DNA of 59,270 nucleotides. Source: a virus. Below the pieces are notes generated by a model. It worked only from the letters and a program-made list of their open reading frames with translations, was not told the DNA's origin and searched no databases. Shown one piece after another: positions 18,250 to 26,781 of this stretch; position 1 is the first letter of the stretch; the number at the start of each line of letters is the position of its first letter. The position numbers were made by a program, and so were the translations under genes. The stretch covers positions 1-59,270 of the IMG/VR virus record IMGVR_UViG_3300025536_000003. The stretch is one strand, 5' to 3'.

Positions 18250-19344
18250 TCAGCGAATGCCGAGTTCCTCCTTGCGTCTGCGCTCGATGTACGAACTTAC
18301 CGGTTCGGCATCAGGGTTGCGCCGGGGTGGCGCAGCGCCGTTCACGGGACGGATGGGGGCGGGTGCGGATGAGGCCCTTGCGGGCGGCCTTGCCTCGGTG
18401 TCGAACCCAGAGTCAGGAGCCTTGTCGGCACTCGTGCCAGACGTGCGTGCTTCGGCTTTCGCCAGAGCACGGATGGCGCCGCGGACGTTGCCTTGATCGA
18501 GCAGGACTCGGATCTGTTTGGCTTCGTCGACGTGGCTGCCGAGATAGTGAAATGCGGCTGGAGCGTCTTCCGCTTCAGCAATGAGAAAGCTGGTCATCAG
18601 CGTGTCAAAGGGTGCTGATGGGTTGTTCTTGACGACGTCTTCGAAGTCATCGAAGCGTTCGGTGCCTTCCTCGAGCATGGCTGCGGCGTCACGCGCGAGC
18701 TTCTGCTGCGCCGCGCGCTGAGCGTCGTCTGCGGTCTCTGATTTGGTTTCAGCCGGCTTGGCATGCGCTTCCTGCGCGGCCTTCCATTCGTCGCGGGCGT
18801 CGGCCCATTCGTCTACAGAATCGAAGTCCTCGACACTCGGTCGTGGCGCTTCCTTGGCGAGCCAGGGCTTGTCCTTGACGTCTTCGGCGTGGCGGGTCTC
18901 CGCGATCTGCGCCTTGATCTCGGCGAGCTCGCGGGCGTGTCGCTCCTGCTGTTCTTGCAGGGCCTGCTGGCTTTCCTCGACCTGCTTGGACAGGGTCTGA
19001 TACCACTTGCGTCGGGATACTCCGGCGGGTGGTAGTTCGTCGCGATCGAGAATGACCGTGGTGCCGTCGGCCTTGGTGACTTCGTAGCGGCCGTCTTCGA
19101 GGAAGCGGCCCTTGCGTTCACCTTTCTCGGCCTTCTCGTCTTCGTCGTCGTCTTTCTCGTCGGCCGACTTGTCCGCAGGCTCCTTCTCTGCCGGATCGTC
19201 CTTGGCCGGCTCACTGTCCGGTCGTGTCTGGCCTTCGTGGCGTTCCAGTTCGTCGGTGACGACAGAGCGCTCGACGGCGTGGTCATCGTTGATCTCGACG
19301 CCATCAGTGCTGTCGATTTCAGGCTCGAAGTTTTCTCCGGACAT
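18250..19344 (-). CDS. Scaffolding protein (364 aa)
   Basis: Highly acidic, coiled-coil-rich ORF directly upstream of the coat gene. Start moved to ATG 19344 after GGTGGAGGA. Confidence 0.7.
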   Translation of the reverse strand: MSGENFEPEIDSTDGVEINDDHAVERSVVTDELERHEGQTRPDSEPAKDDPAEKEPADKSADEKDDDEDEKAEKGERKGRFLEDGRYEVTKADGTTVILDRDELPPAGVSRRKWYQTLSKQVEESQQALQEQQERHARELAEIKAQIAETRHAEDVKDKPWLAKEAPRPSVEDFDSVDEWADARDEWKAAQEAHAKPAETKSETADDAQRAAQQKLARDAAAMLEEGTERFDDFEDVVKNNPSAPFDTLMTSFLIAEAEDAPAAFHYLGSHVDEAKQIRVLLDQGNVRGAIRALAKAEARTSGTSADKAPDSGFDTEARPPARASSAPAPIRPVNGAAPPRRNPDAEPVSSYIERRRKEELGIR

Positions 19345-19373
19345 AAGATCCTCCACCGGCCATGGGCCAGGCG

Positions 19374-19393
19374 AAAAAAAACCCCGCAGGGTC
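19374..19393 (-). terminator. Weak intrinsic terminator after the accessory island
   Basis: Minus strand GACCCTGCGGGGTTTTTTTT: a 4-5 bp stem, a UGCG loop and a U8 run. Confidence 0.3.
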
Positions 19394-19433
19394 TTGTTTC
19401 AGTGATGCCGACGAGCGGCTTTGGGTATGTGAG

Positions 19434-21083
19434 TTAGGTGGCTTCGCGCCACGGCCGGAACAGCATCGACCCGCCCATCAATACAGCCAGCCCCATCATC
19501 AGCCCCGACCACAGTGTCGACCAGTCGCCGAGGTCGACGGACTGACCGGGCTTGTCGCAGCGGAATGCACAGATGTCAGCGGGATAGCCCATGGGGAGAT
19601 CGTCGAAGTCTCGGGCGCCTGCGATGTAGGTGCCGGCGGCGCACAATGGAGAATCAGCCGAGGGCCGCAGCATGTCTGCTGTGGTTGCTGAGCGCAGCGC
19701 CAGCCATGCCGTTATCTCGTCAGCGCTCAGTTCGCTATTGTCCGTGTACGTCGACTCCGGCGGCGTGTAATCGCCGGCTGCGCCGTAGTTTCTATAGTTC
19801 GCCCCCATGCCGCCGCCGAGGCTCCGATTGCTGACGATCATGTTCGGGCCGACTGGGCCGCGTCGCTGGTTGCCTGTAATCCCGCTTGCTGGATTGACGC
19901 TATTAAGATTCGCCTCACGAATGGCTAGGTAGGTGAAGTTGTTATCGCCAGTACCTACGCCGTCTGTCTCTCCGTAGACGACGTTGTTGTAGATCTGGTT
20001 GTTGATCCCGATCCCGTGCAGCACGATGCCGGACACATTCGCACGGTGACTTGCCAGCGTAGGCATGACGACGTTGTGCGCAATCGTGTTCCCGTAGCAG
20101 GATAACTGCACCGAAACGCCGTCACCGACTTGGATCAAGGCATAGTCACCGCCATCAATGCTGAGCGTGAAACTCGCGCCGGAATGTGTCGTGATCTTGT
20201 GCCGCGTGCCGGCCAGATCCCCAGATGTGAACACGGCGTCGTAACGGCTGCTGTTGTATGTCGTCTGCGCCGCCCAGTCGCCATCAGCCAAAGTAATGAC
20301 TGAACTGCCAGGAGTCGTGGCGACCGTGTCGTACTCTCGCAGGACGGTCCACGTCCCGTTATTCGCCAGCGAATCAAAGGAAATGCCTTCCTCCGACGTG
20401 TTTAGTACGATATTCGAAATGATCCGATTGCCGGTGCACGGCAGCCGAAAAGCATTGAGATCGTGGCGGCCCAATGCTCCGATCCCTATTTGCCCGCCCG
20501 TGATGAAGTTGCGCGCAATGTAGTGATTCGAGCCCCAATACCGGATCGGGTAACCGTCCGTGTCGAAGTCGAAGAATCGATTGCCGACGATGTGCGTTGC
20601 GTCAGCGAACTCTTCATACACTTCGACGCCGAAAAAGTCGTTATCTTCGATGTCTATGTTGCGCTGATAGGTGGCGAATCCTTGCGAGATGCGGACCTGC
20701 GGGTTCGTCGTGATCGTGCCGGTCGTCATGAACGTATTACCGGAGAGCACCGCACCATCAACGTGCGTGTCACCGGATTCCGCTTCGGTCTTCAATTCGC
20801 TGTCGTTCGCCATGCGAACTTGCACGCCACGAAGCTCGAAGCCGTCGCGGTACTCGAAAATCACCGAGCTGTTTATGTAGAGCGTGGCGCCTTCCGTAGC
20901 CGTGACGATGACATCTGCGGCGGTCGTGAAGTTCGCCGCAATCGTGTGCGCACCGTCCTGTAACTCGTATTCGCCGGAGCTATTCAGCACTCCGGTCAGG
21001 TCCGTGCCAGCCGTGATCTCAGTCGGGACTGCCCATGCTGGCAACGTCAGCGCAACGCCGAGCAGCGCCGACAGCCACCTCAC
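19434..21083 (-). CDS. Exported right-handed beta-helix (pectate-lyase-fold) protein with a C-terminal TM anchor (549 aa)
   Basis: Signal peptide MRWLSALLGVALTLPAWA|V (GTG start). Repeats GNRFFDF, IARNFITGG, GNRIISNIVLN, GNTIAHNVV, NNQIYNNVV. C-terminus WSGLMMGLAVLMGGSMLFRPWREAT. Confidence 0.6.
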   Translation of the reverse strand: MRWLSALLGVALTLPAWAVPTEITAGTDLTGVLNSSGEYELQDGAHTIAANFTTAADVIVTATEGATLYINSSVIFEYRDGFELRGVQVRMANDSELKTEAESGDTHVDGAVLSGNTFMTTGTITTNPQVRISQGFATYQRNIDIEDNDFFGVEVYEEFADATHIVGNRFFDFDTDGYPIRYWGSNHYIARNFITGGQIGIGALGRHDLNAFRLPCTGNRIISNIVLNTSEEGISFDSLANNGTWTVLREYDTVATTPGSSVITLADGDWAAQTTYNSSRYDAVFTSGDLAGTRHKITTHSGASFTLSIDGGDYALIQVGDGVSVQLSCYGNTIAHNVVMPTLASHRANVSGIVLHGIGINNQIYNNVVYGETDGVGTGDNNFTYLAIREANLNSVNPASGITGNQRRGPVGPNMIVSNRSLGGGMGANYRNYGAAGDYTPPESTYTDNSELSADEITAWLALRSATTADMLRPSADSPLCAAGTYIAGARDFDDLPMGYPADICAFRCDKPGQSVDLGDWSTLWSGLMMGLAVLMGGSMLFRPWREAT

Positions 21084-21220
21084 AGCCCCACCCTCCCCAG
21101 CAACCGCTGCACGATGGCCGGCAGGACACGCAGCACCACGGTGCGCACGTCCTTGCTGATGACGCAGGCGATGATGAGCAGGGCGGCCAGGAGGATGAGG
21201 ACGGGGGCGGCGAAGTGCAT
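21080..21220 (-). CDS. Small single-pass membrane protein (46 aa)
   Basis: MHFAAPVLILLAALLIIACVISK... The ATG lies 1 nt after the upstream stop. GTGA-coupled to the beta-helix gene. Confidence 0.45.
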   Translation of the reverse strand: MHFAAPVLILLAALLIIACVISKDVRTVVLRVLPAIVQRLLGRVGL

Positions 21221-21221
21221 G

Positions 21222-21815
21222 TCAGGTCTTGAGATGAATGGCGACGTTACGCGCAGCCGGTGTCGCGCCGATCGCTCTAGCAGCGATGGTCTTGATCCGC
21301 TCTTCACCGTTGAACTTCACAAACAGGCGATCGGTCATCAGGAACAGCAGACCGCAGTTCGCCATTTCAACTGGCGGCGCTGTGGGCGTCGCATCAGTCT
21401 CGCCTACCGCTGCGGTCAGGATGGTGCCGAGGGCACTGTGATCGTCGTAGGTCGGCGACCAGACCACGGCCACACCCTCCGTTGCGATGACGCCCGTCCC
21501 GGCTACCGGCGTCCCTGCAATTCGGGCCTCGAACTCCGTACAGCCTGACGTGTTTTTCCAGGTGTTGTCACTGCCTGGATTGCTGGTCGTCGCTGCCAGT
21601 ACCAACGCTGAAGGGGATCCACGACTCCCTGCGGTCTGCAGCGCCCAGTCCGTCGTCGTGCCCTGACTCGGATCACCCTTCCAGAGGAACACGTTGCCGG
21701 TATCACTCTCGTAGAACAGCGAGCCGGGATAGATGTTCTGGACCGGTTTGGTATCCGACGACAGACCGATGAACGCCTGCTGCCGCTCACCCTGCGCCAT
21801 GCTTCTGACTGTCAT
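21222..21815 (-). CDS. Hypothetical protein (197 aa)
   Basis: ORF chained within the accessory island. Confidence 0.6.
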   Translation of the reverse strand: MTVRSMAQGERQQAFIGLSSDTKPVQNIYPGSLFYESDTGNVFLWKGDPSQGTTTDWALQTAGSRGSPSALVLAATTSNPGSDNTWKNTSGCTEFEARIAGTPVAGTGVIATEGVAVVWSPTYDDHSALGTILTAAVGETDATPTAPPVEMANCGLLFLMTDRLFVKFNGEERIKTIAARAIGATPAARNVAIHLKT

Positions 21816-21825
21816 ATCTCTATCC

Positions 21826-23409
21826 TCACGCCGCGCTCAGCAAGAGCAGGGTTGTCATGATGTTGCGATTGCGCTTTGCGAGCGCCACTTGCAGTCGTCG
21901 CTGCTCGAGTTCGTCTCGGGCCTGCGCTTCGAGTCGTGCTCGTTCCGTCTTCGCCGCGGTGGCGCGCTTCGCCTGGACTCTGGCCCGGGCTTCGTTGGCT
22001 TCTCGAAGCTCGTCCCGCAGCGCCTTGAGATGCCCGCCGTAATGGTCCTGCCATTGCTGACGGGCTTCGGTGATCGCCTCGTTCAGCGCGATGAACTGTT
22101 CGATCTCGTCACCGTCTTCTTCGGCCTGTTCCCTTGCCACCCGGGCAATGATGTCTTCGGCTTCCGAGGGGACCGGCCCGTAGTCCTTGCGTGACTGCTG
22201 TGCCCGTTCTCTGGCCACCCGCTCGACTTCACGGGGATCGGCCATGCCCATCCAGTAGGGGGAGTAGAAGTCACGGGTGGCCCAGCCTTGGGCGGCGTAT
22301 TCGTCAGTGACGGGCTCGCCGAGCGCAGGCTGCCCGAGCGTCGGCGTTACGGTAATGTCGCCGGCCAGGAGGACGTGGACCTGACCGAGCGTGGCTGCGG
22401 TCAGCGTCGGCGCGATCGAGAGATCATCGGCCGTCAGAGCATCGGTACCGTCGATTGCCAGCACCGGCTCTGAGAGCGTCGGCGTCGTGCTGATGTCGTT
22501 GGCGGTGAGCGCGTGCACTTGCCCGACTGACGGCTCGGTCAGCGTCGGCGTCGTCGCCAGGTCATCGGCGAGCAGCGCATGGACCTGGCCCAGAGCGGGT
22601 TCGGTCAGTGTTGCGGTGGTCGTTACGTCATCCGCGGCGAGGACGTGGGTCTGGCCGATGCTCGGTTCGGTGAGCGTTGGCGTGGTCGAGAGATCGTCGG
22701 CTAGGAGATTGTGATCGCCGCCGGTAGCGGCGGGAAATGGAATGATGATCGCCCCGCCGCGTGAAGTAAGCGGATGATCCGCATACGCTGGCGATCCGGT
22801 GAGAGTCCACGAGCCAGCAATCAAATCAGGCTCTGGCGAACCCCTACCGAAAACCGGCGCGTAAGATACAAGCGCTGCTGGTCGGATCAGGACAGGAGAG
22901 ACTCCGCGCGCCAAGGCTGCAACTTCTTCTGCTGACAGCGCTACGTTCCAGAAGGCCACCTCCGCCACCGAGACGTCGCTGTAAAAGTATCCGTTCCCCG
23001 AATTGTAGGCTCCAATCAGGGTATCGGTCGGCGTCGCAGGGGTTGTGCTTGTGGTGTTTGTTCCAGAGTTCCCGCCATTGAGATACACCGTCCGGCTTGT
23101 TGCCGACGAAAAAACCCCACACCCGTGCTGCCAAACACCGCTCGAAAACCCTGATGATGTCGAAGCGACACGGAATGTATTCGAAACAGCCGCAATCGCT
23201 TGAACCGGATCTCCTCCACTCGCCCCAGCGAACGATAGGTAAAAGGCATCCGTATTACCAGACACGCCGTCAATCTGGAACAATCCAGCGATTGTGTGGT
23301 TCGCTGTTATATTGGCTGGGTTCGCCCAGGCCGAGATCGTAAACGGATAATCCGTCAGGATCGCTGAACCGTAATTCAGCCGGAGATTGGTGCCAAAGGT
23401 GCGTGCCAT
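21826..23409 (-). CDS. LamG/concanavalin-like protein with 22-aa tandem repeats and a C-terminal coiled coil (527 aa)
   Basis: N-terminal features are FTISAWANP...AFYLSF...VYLNG...VAEVAFWNVALSAEEV. Six repeats of H.L.ADD(L/V).TTPTLTEP.(L/I)GQV. Start moved to ATG 23409. Confidence 0.6.
   Translation of the reverse strand: MARTFGTNLRLNYGSAILTDYPFTISAWANPANITANHTIAGLFQIDGVSGNTDAFYLSFAGASGGDPVQAIAAVSNTFRVASTSSGFSSGVWQHGCGVFSSATSRTVYLNGGNSGTNTTSTTPATPTDTLIGAYNSGNGYFYSDVSVAEVAFWNVALSAEEVAALARGVSPVLIRPAALVSYAPVFGRGSPEPDLIAGSWTLTGSPAYADHPLTSRGGAIIIPFPAATGGDHNLLADDLSTTPTLTEPSIGQTHVLAADDVTTTATLTEPALGQVHALLADDLATTPTLTEPSVGQVHALTANDISTTPTLSEPVLAIDGTDALTADDLSIAPTLTAATLGQVHVLLAGDITVTPTLGQPALGEPVTDEYAAQGWATRDFYSPYWMGMADPREVERVARERAQQSRKDYGPVPSEAEDIIARVAREQAEEDGDEIEQFIALNEAITEARQQWQDHYGGHLKALRDELREANEARARVQAKRATAAKTERARLEAQARDELEQRRLQVALAKRNRNIMTTLLLLSAA
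22315..22713 (-). repeat. About six tandem 66-bp coding repeats
   Basis: Repeats HVLAADDVTTTATLTEPALGQV / HALLADDLATTPTLTEPSVGQV and similar, inside 21826..23409. Confidence 0.8.
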
Positions 23410-23411
23410 GG

Positions 23412-23894
23412 CTAGGTCGTCGTGTACTCGATCGACACGGCCCACAACTCCATGTCACCCGAGGCGTTAGTACCGCTCGTGCCATTCTCTCGACCGAGTC
23501 GCAGCGTCATGTTGTCACCAGCGGCGATGGTCGGTGTTCCGAGCGCTTCGCTGATCTCGCCCATCAGTCCCGCAGTTCCTGGCACTGCATCATCTGCACT
23601 GGCTTCGACGGACGAGAAGCTATCAGTGTCGATATCTTCTCCATCCGCGATTGCCATGGCCTCAGTGCGGATCGCGACGTTGTTCGTCGTAGCTGAGGCC
23701 ATGCTGTACTGTGCTTTGACAGTCATGCCGCTGGCGTAATTCTCCGGCACGCGGAACGTCCAGAGACAGAGTTCGTCAGTCGTGTCGTCGAACAGCAGGT
23801 ACGGTCGGCCGGCTGCGGTGAATGCCAGCGCGGGCGGGTTCGTCGGATCGCCTATGGCGGCAAGAATCGGCAACAGAATCGTACCGGTCGCCAT
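23412..23894 (-). CDS. Hypothetical protein (160 aa)
   Basis: ORF chained within the accessory island. Confidence 0.6.
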   Translation of the reverse strand: MATGTILLPILAAIGDPTNPPALAFTAAGRPYLLFDDTTDELCLWTFRVPENYASGMTVKAQYSMASATTNNVAIRTEAMAIADGEDIDTDSFSSVEASADDAVPGTAGLMGEISEALGTPTIAAGDNMTLRLGRENGTSGTNASGDMELWAVSIEYTTT

Positions 23895-24328
23895 TAGAGC
23901 TTGCTCCGTATGGCGTCACGCAACTCGCGCAGCGTGCGTGTCGGGTGATCGGTGATGGCGCCCGCCGCTGCCTTCATCGCAGCGAGGTTCGATGCCCCGT
24001 CGATCCCGTCCAGCAGCGCGTTCATCTTCAGCGCGTGCCGGTTGAGTTCGTCGAGCAACACTTCCGCGAGCGCGCGCATGATAGTTTGCTGCTGCTCGAT
24101 CTCCGCAGCCAGAGTATCGAGTCGGCTGGCTTCATCGGCGAGGTCAAGCGCCTGGCGCTCGCTTTCGGATAGCAGCGCAACCGTATCGCCTGTGACGATC
24201 CAGTAACGCGAATCGAAGCCGGTTACAGCCGAGAGATCGGGATCGATGATCCAGTCCTCGATCGGATAGTCCGGCGTGTTGACGCTCTGCCGGTACTCTC
24301 GCGTCGTTCTGTGTAGCACGTCAGCCAT
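23894..24328 (-). CDS. Hypothetical protein (144 aa)
   Basis: ORF with 1-nt overlaps on both sides. C-terminal half is helical. Confidence 0.6.
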   Translation of the reverse strand: MADVLHRTTREYRQSVNTPDYPIEDWIIDPDLSAVTGFDSRYWIVTGDTVALLSESERQALDLADEASRLDTLAAEIEQQQTIMRALAEVLLDELNRHALKMNALLDGIDGASNLAAMKAAAGAITDHPTRTLRELRDAIRSKL

Positions 24329-26409
24329 CAGGGCAGCCTCATCGCGTAGACCGGGCCGTTGTTGCGGTTGACCACAATGGCGACTTCTTCCTTCCCATAT
24401 TTCGCAACTTGAAATCGCGTATAGGTTCCGGTCGAGTTAGTTGTGCCTTCCGGCACTACGTCGCCTATCGAAATCTGTTTCCAAGTCCAATTAAGATCCG
24501 CAGGATCGGGGCTGTCCTTAGTCAGCACAGAAATGTGCGCACCATGGTTGTACAGCAGTCCTTGATGGCGATCAGACCATTGCAGCCCCATCCCACCCCT
24601 GCGCACAGGGATTTCGCCGCCCTGCACAATTTCTTTCAATGGGGCATCGAGATTCTTCAGATCTCGGATATAGACCGGACAGCGCGTCGAGCATGAACGC
24701 CACGCTGCGATCACGAGAAGGTCATGCACCGGGTCGATCGCAGTCGCGAGATCGATTGGTATCCCTGACATCTTGTAGCCGTAGCGATATTCTCCAGTCA
24801 CGTTGTCGTAGACCGTCATCGGCATGTTGTAACTTGGAAGCTGATAGATCAGATCGCGTGCTTCGTCGTAGACCGCTGATCCACCAGACAAAGCGGCGGC
24901 GGTGTGTTCCTCGGTGTGCCGCCATTGTTTCGTATCGAGGTCGAGAAAATAGGCCCGTTTCACATTGGCTGCATCAGAGCCCATCAACAGATCGTAGATC
25001 CCCCGCATCATGTAGAACTCGTTCGTGCGCGGGATGTAACCAACGGTTGAATAGGTGTGCGGTGGTAGCGGCGATCCGTCCGGATAGATGCCTTTGTTGT
25101 CCGGGGTCATCGGGTCTTTGTCCATCCACGGCGCTAACGCCCCTGTGTAAGGATCGGTTGCGCGGTGCCACAGACGCGTGGAGAGGTCAAAAGCGTAGAC
25201 CTCAGACCCGGAATACCCAGCGTGCCCGCCGCCGTAGAGCAGCAATGATCCGTGTTCACCATAGCCTGTGGCGAGTGCGCCGCCATTCCAGCAGGCGATC
25301 ACGCACATCTGCCCGCTATTCGCTGACCACGCTGCGTTGCCGGGGGCTTTAGGGTTGAGCTTCGGATCTAGCTTTGGATCGACATCCGTCATCGTGTTCA
25401 AAGAGATAGGGGTCCACACGCCCGGTTCGAGGTCGGCGACCCAGGCCGGGGCGGCGCTCGTTGGCGGTTCCGGCGCTGGTTCGGCCGGCTTGACCGGGCA
25501 CTTGCACGCGCATGTGCATGTGCATGCACAGTCGGTGGGCTCTGTTGTCACTGGCGGAACTGGAGTCGATTCGGCTGGCGGCTCTACAGATGCATCGAGG
25601 GCATCGCGGAACGGCTGTCGAGACATCACGAAATAGTCGTAATCGACGCGCCCCACGGGGTGCTCGGTCGGTTTCTTGCCGGTCATGTAGACCGTCAACA
25701 TGGCTCGGTGGAAACCCGGTCCGCTGCCATTCAGCGTCGCATCATCCCGGTAGGTGTAGCGTTTCCACTCTCCATCGACGCGCTGCCAGAAGACGACCCG
25801 GCTGTTCGGTTTGCCGTAGTCTCCTAGCGTGATCTCGATGTAGTGCTCTTCCCACACATCGGGGCGAGAAATAGCACAATCCTGCGGCGGCTGGCCGGTG
25901 TTGTGATACCGGCAGTCGTGATCTCCAGTCTGGAAAATGTGATTGTGGTAGTTCGCGGGATCAGGGATCGCGAACGTCTTGGCGCCACAATTGTAATTCG
26001 GCTGTAGAAACGGCTTTCCGCTCCACTTGTAGCTGTCGACGATTTCCAGGTCAGTACAGGAACTCGAACCGCGCCAGATGTTGAGCAGCTTTCTTGTAGG
26101 CCAGGGCGAGGTCAGCGTGACTTCATCGGATCGGACCTTGAATGCGACATAGAGCGACTGCCCTGGACCCACTGCTGGCCAATCGAGCACGCCATACCAA
26201 CCGCCTGCGTTTGCCCCACTCATCGAGGGAATGGTGAAGCGGAGCATGCCGCCCTCGACGACCGGCGTCGCATCGCCTGGGTAGAGGGTCCCGGCGAGCT
26301 CGGACGCATCGTCGAACGAGTCGCAGACGAACACGCCCGGCTTGTCGCACGGCAGGGCCTGCGCAGTGCTAACGAACAGAGCCAGGATTAGAAAGGCGAA
26401 GCGCATCAT
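24328..26409 (-). CDS. Exported lectin/polysaccharide-lyase-like + Kelch-like beta-propeller protein (693 aa)
   Basis: Start moved to ATG 26409 (ATGA-coupled). Signal peptide MMRFAFLILALFVSTAQA|L. Linker TDCACTCTCACKCPVKPAEPAPEPP. C-terminal repeats such as LLLYGGGHAGYSGSEVYAFDLSTRLW. Confidence 0.55.
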   Translation of the reverse strand: MMRFAFLILALFVSTAQALPCDKPGVFVCDSFDDASELAGTLYPGDATPVVEGGMLRFTIPSMSGANAGGWYGVLDWPAVGPGQSLYVAFKVRSDEVTLTSPWPTRKLLNIWRGSSSCTDLEIVDSYKWSGKPFLQPNYNCGAKTFAIPDPANYHNHIFQTGDHDCRYHNTGQPPQDCAISRPDVWEEHYIEITLGDYGKPNSRVVFWQRVDGEWKRYTYRDDATLNGSGPGFHRAMLTVYMTGKKPTEHPVGRVDYDYFVMSRQPFRDALDASVEPPAESTPVPPVTTEPTDCACTCTCACKCPVKPAEPAPEPPTSAAPAWVADLEPGVWTPISLNTMTDVDPKLDPKLNPKAPGNAAWSANSGQMCVIACWNGGALATGYGEHGSLLLYGGGHAGYSGSEVYAFDLSTRLWHRATDPYTGALAPWMDKDPMTPDNKGIYPDGSPLPPHTYSTVGYIPRTNEFYMMRGIYDLLMGSDAANVKRAYFLDLDTKQWRHTEEHTAAALSGGSAVYDEARDLIYQLPSYNMPMTVYDNVTGEYRYGYKMSGIPIDLATAIDPVHDLLVIAAWRSCSTRCPVYIRDLKNLDAPLKEIVQGGEIPVRRGGMGLQWSDRHQGLLYNHGAHISVLTKDSPDPADLNWTWKQISIGDVVPEGTTNSTGTYTRFQVAKYGKEEVAIVVNRNNGPVYAMRLP

Positions 26410-26780
26410 GCCGGATCCGGGAACGTGATCGAGATCGCGTCGAGCGTGAACGTGTTGCCCGACGTCACCGCCTGACTCGACGACAGCGCCTGCGCGGCGA
26501 GCAGCGCGGCTGTGGCGCTGGTCTTGGAATACGCCCAATGCGTCGCGGTGCCGGTCCCGGTCACGCTGCCGTCCGTGATCGCGGGAATGACCGTGCGTCG
26601 ACCGCTGCTCGCGCCGTTCTGCAGGCTGCCGGCCGTGAGGCTGGTCTTGTTGCCGAGCGTGTAGGTGCTGGTGGCCTCGGTGTAGTTCGCGGGCTCCTGG
26701 CTGCAGATGTCGAGGCGGCTACCATTGGTCACGACATAGGCCAAGCCGTTGTCGAGGACGTCGTCGTTCAGGTACGGCAT
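26406..26780 (-). CDS. Hypothetical protein (124 aa)
   Basis: ORF, Ser/Thr/Gly-rich. Confidence 0.6.
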   Translation of the reverse strand: MPYLNDDVLDNGLAYVVTNGSRLDICSQEPANYTEATSTYTLGNKTSLTAGSLQNGASSGRRTVIPAITDGSVTGTGTATHWAYSKTSATAALLAAQALSSSQAVTSGNTFTLDAISITFPDPA

Positions 26781-26781
26781 G

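Noticed and set aside
19434-19540. The C-terminal tail of the beta-helix protein as a PEP-CTERM or GlyGly-CTERM sorting signal
   Set aside because: There is no PEP or GG signature before the hydrophobic helix, and only a short basic tail follows. It is described only as a generic C-terminal TM anchor.
22315-22713. Tandem repeats considered as a possible CRISPR array
   Set aside because: The units are contiguous 66-bp coding repeats with no unique spacers, and they lie inside a long ORF. No cas genes are present.
26410-26538. Upstream extensions of several track ORFs (24328..26538, 42892..43680, 49310..51976, 47614..48375, 21080..21307, 33032..33484)
   Set aside because: In each case an internal ATG or GTG forms a 1-4 nt overlap with the preceding stop and reveals a sensible N-terminus, such as a signal peptide, a Walker A context or a TM segment. 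The extensions overlap the upstream genes.
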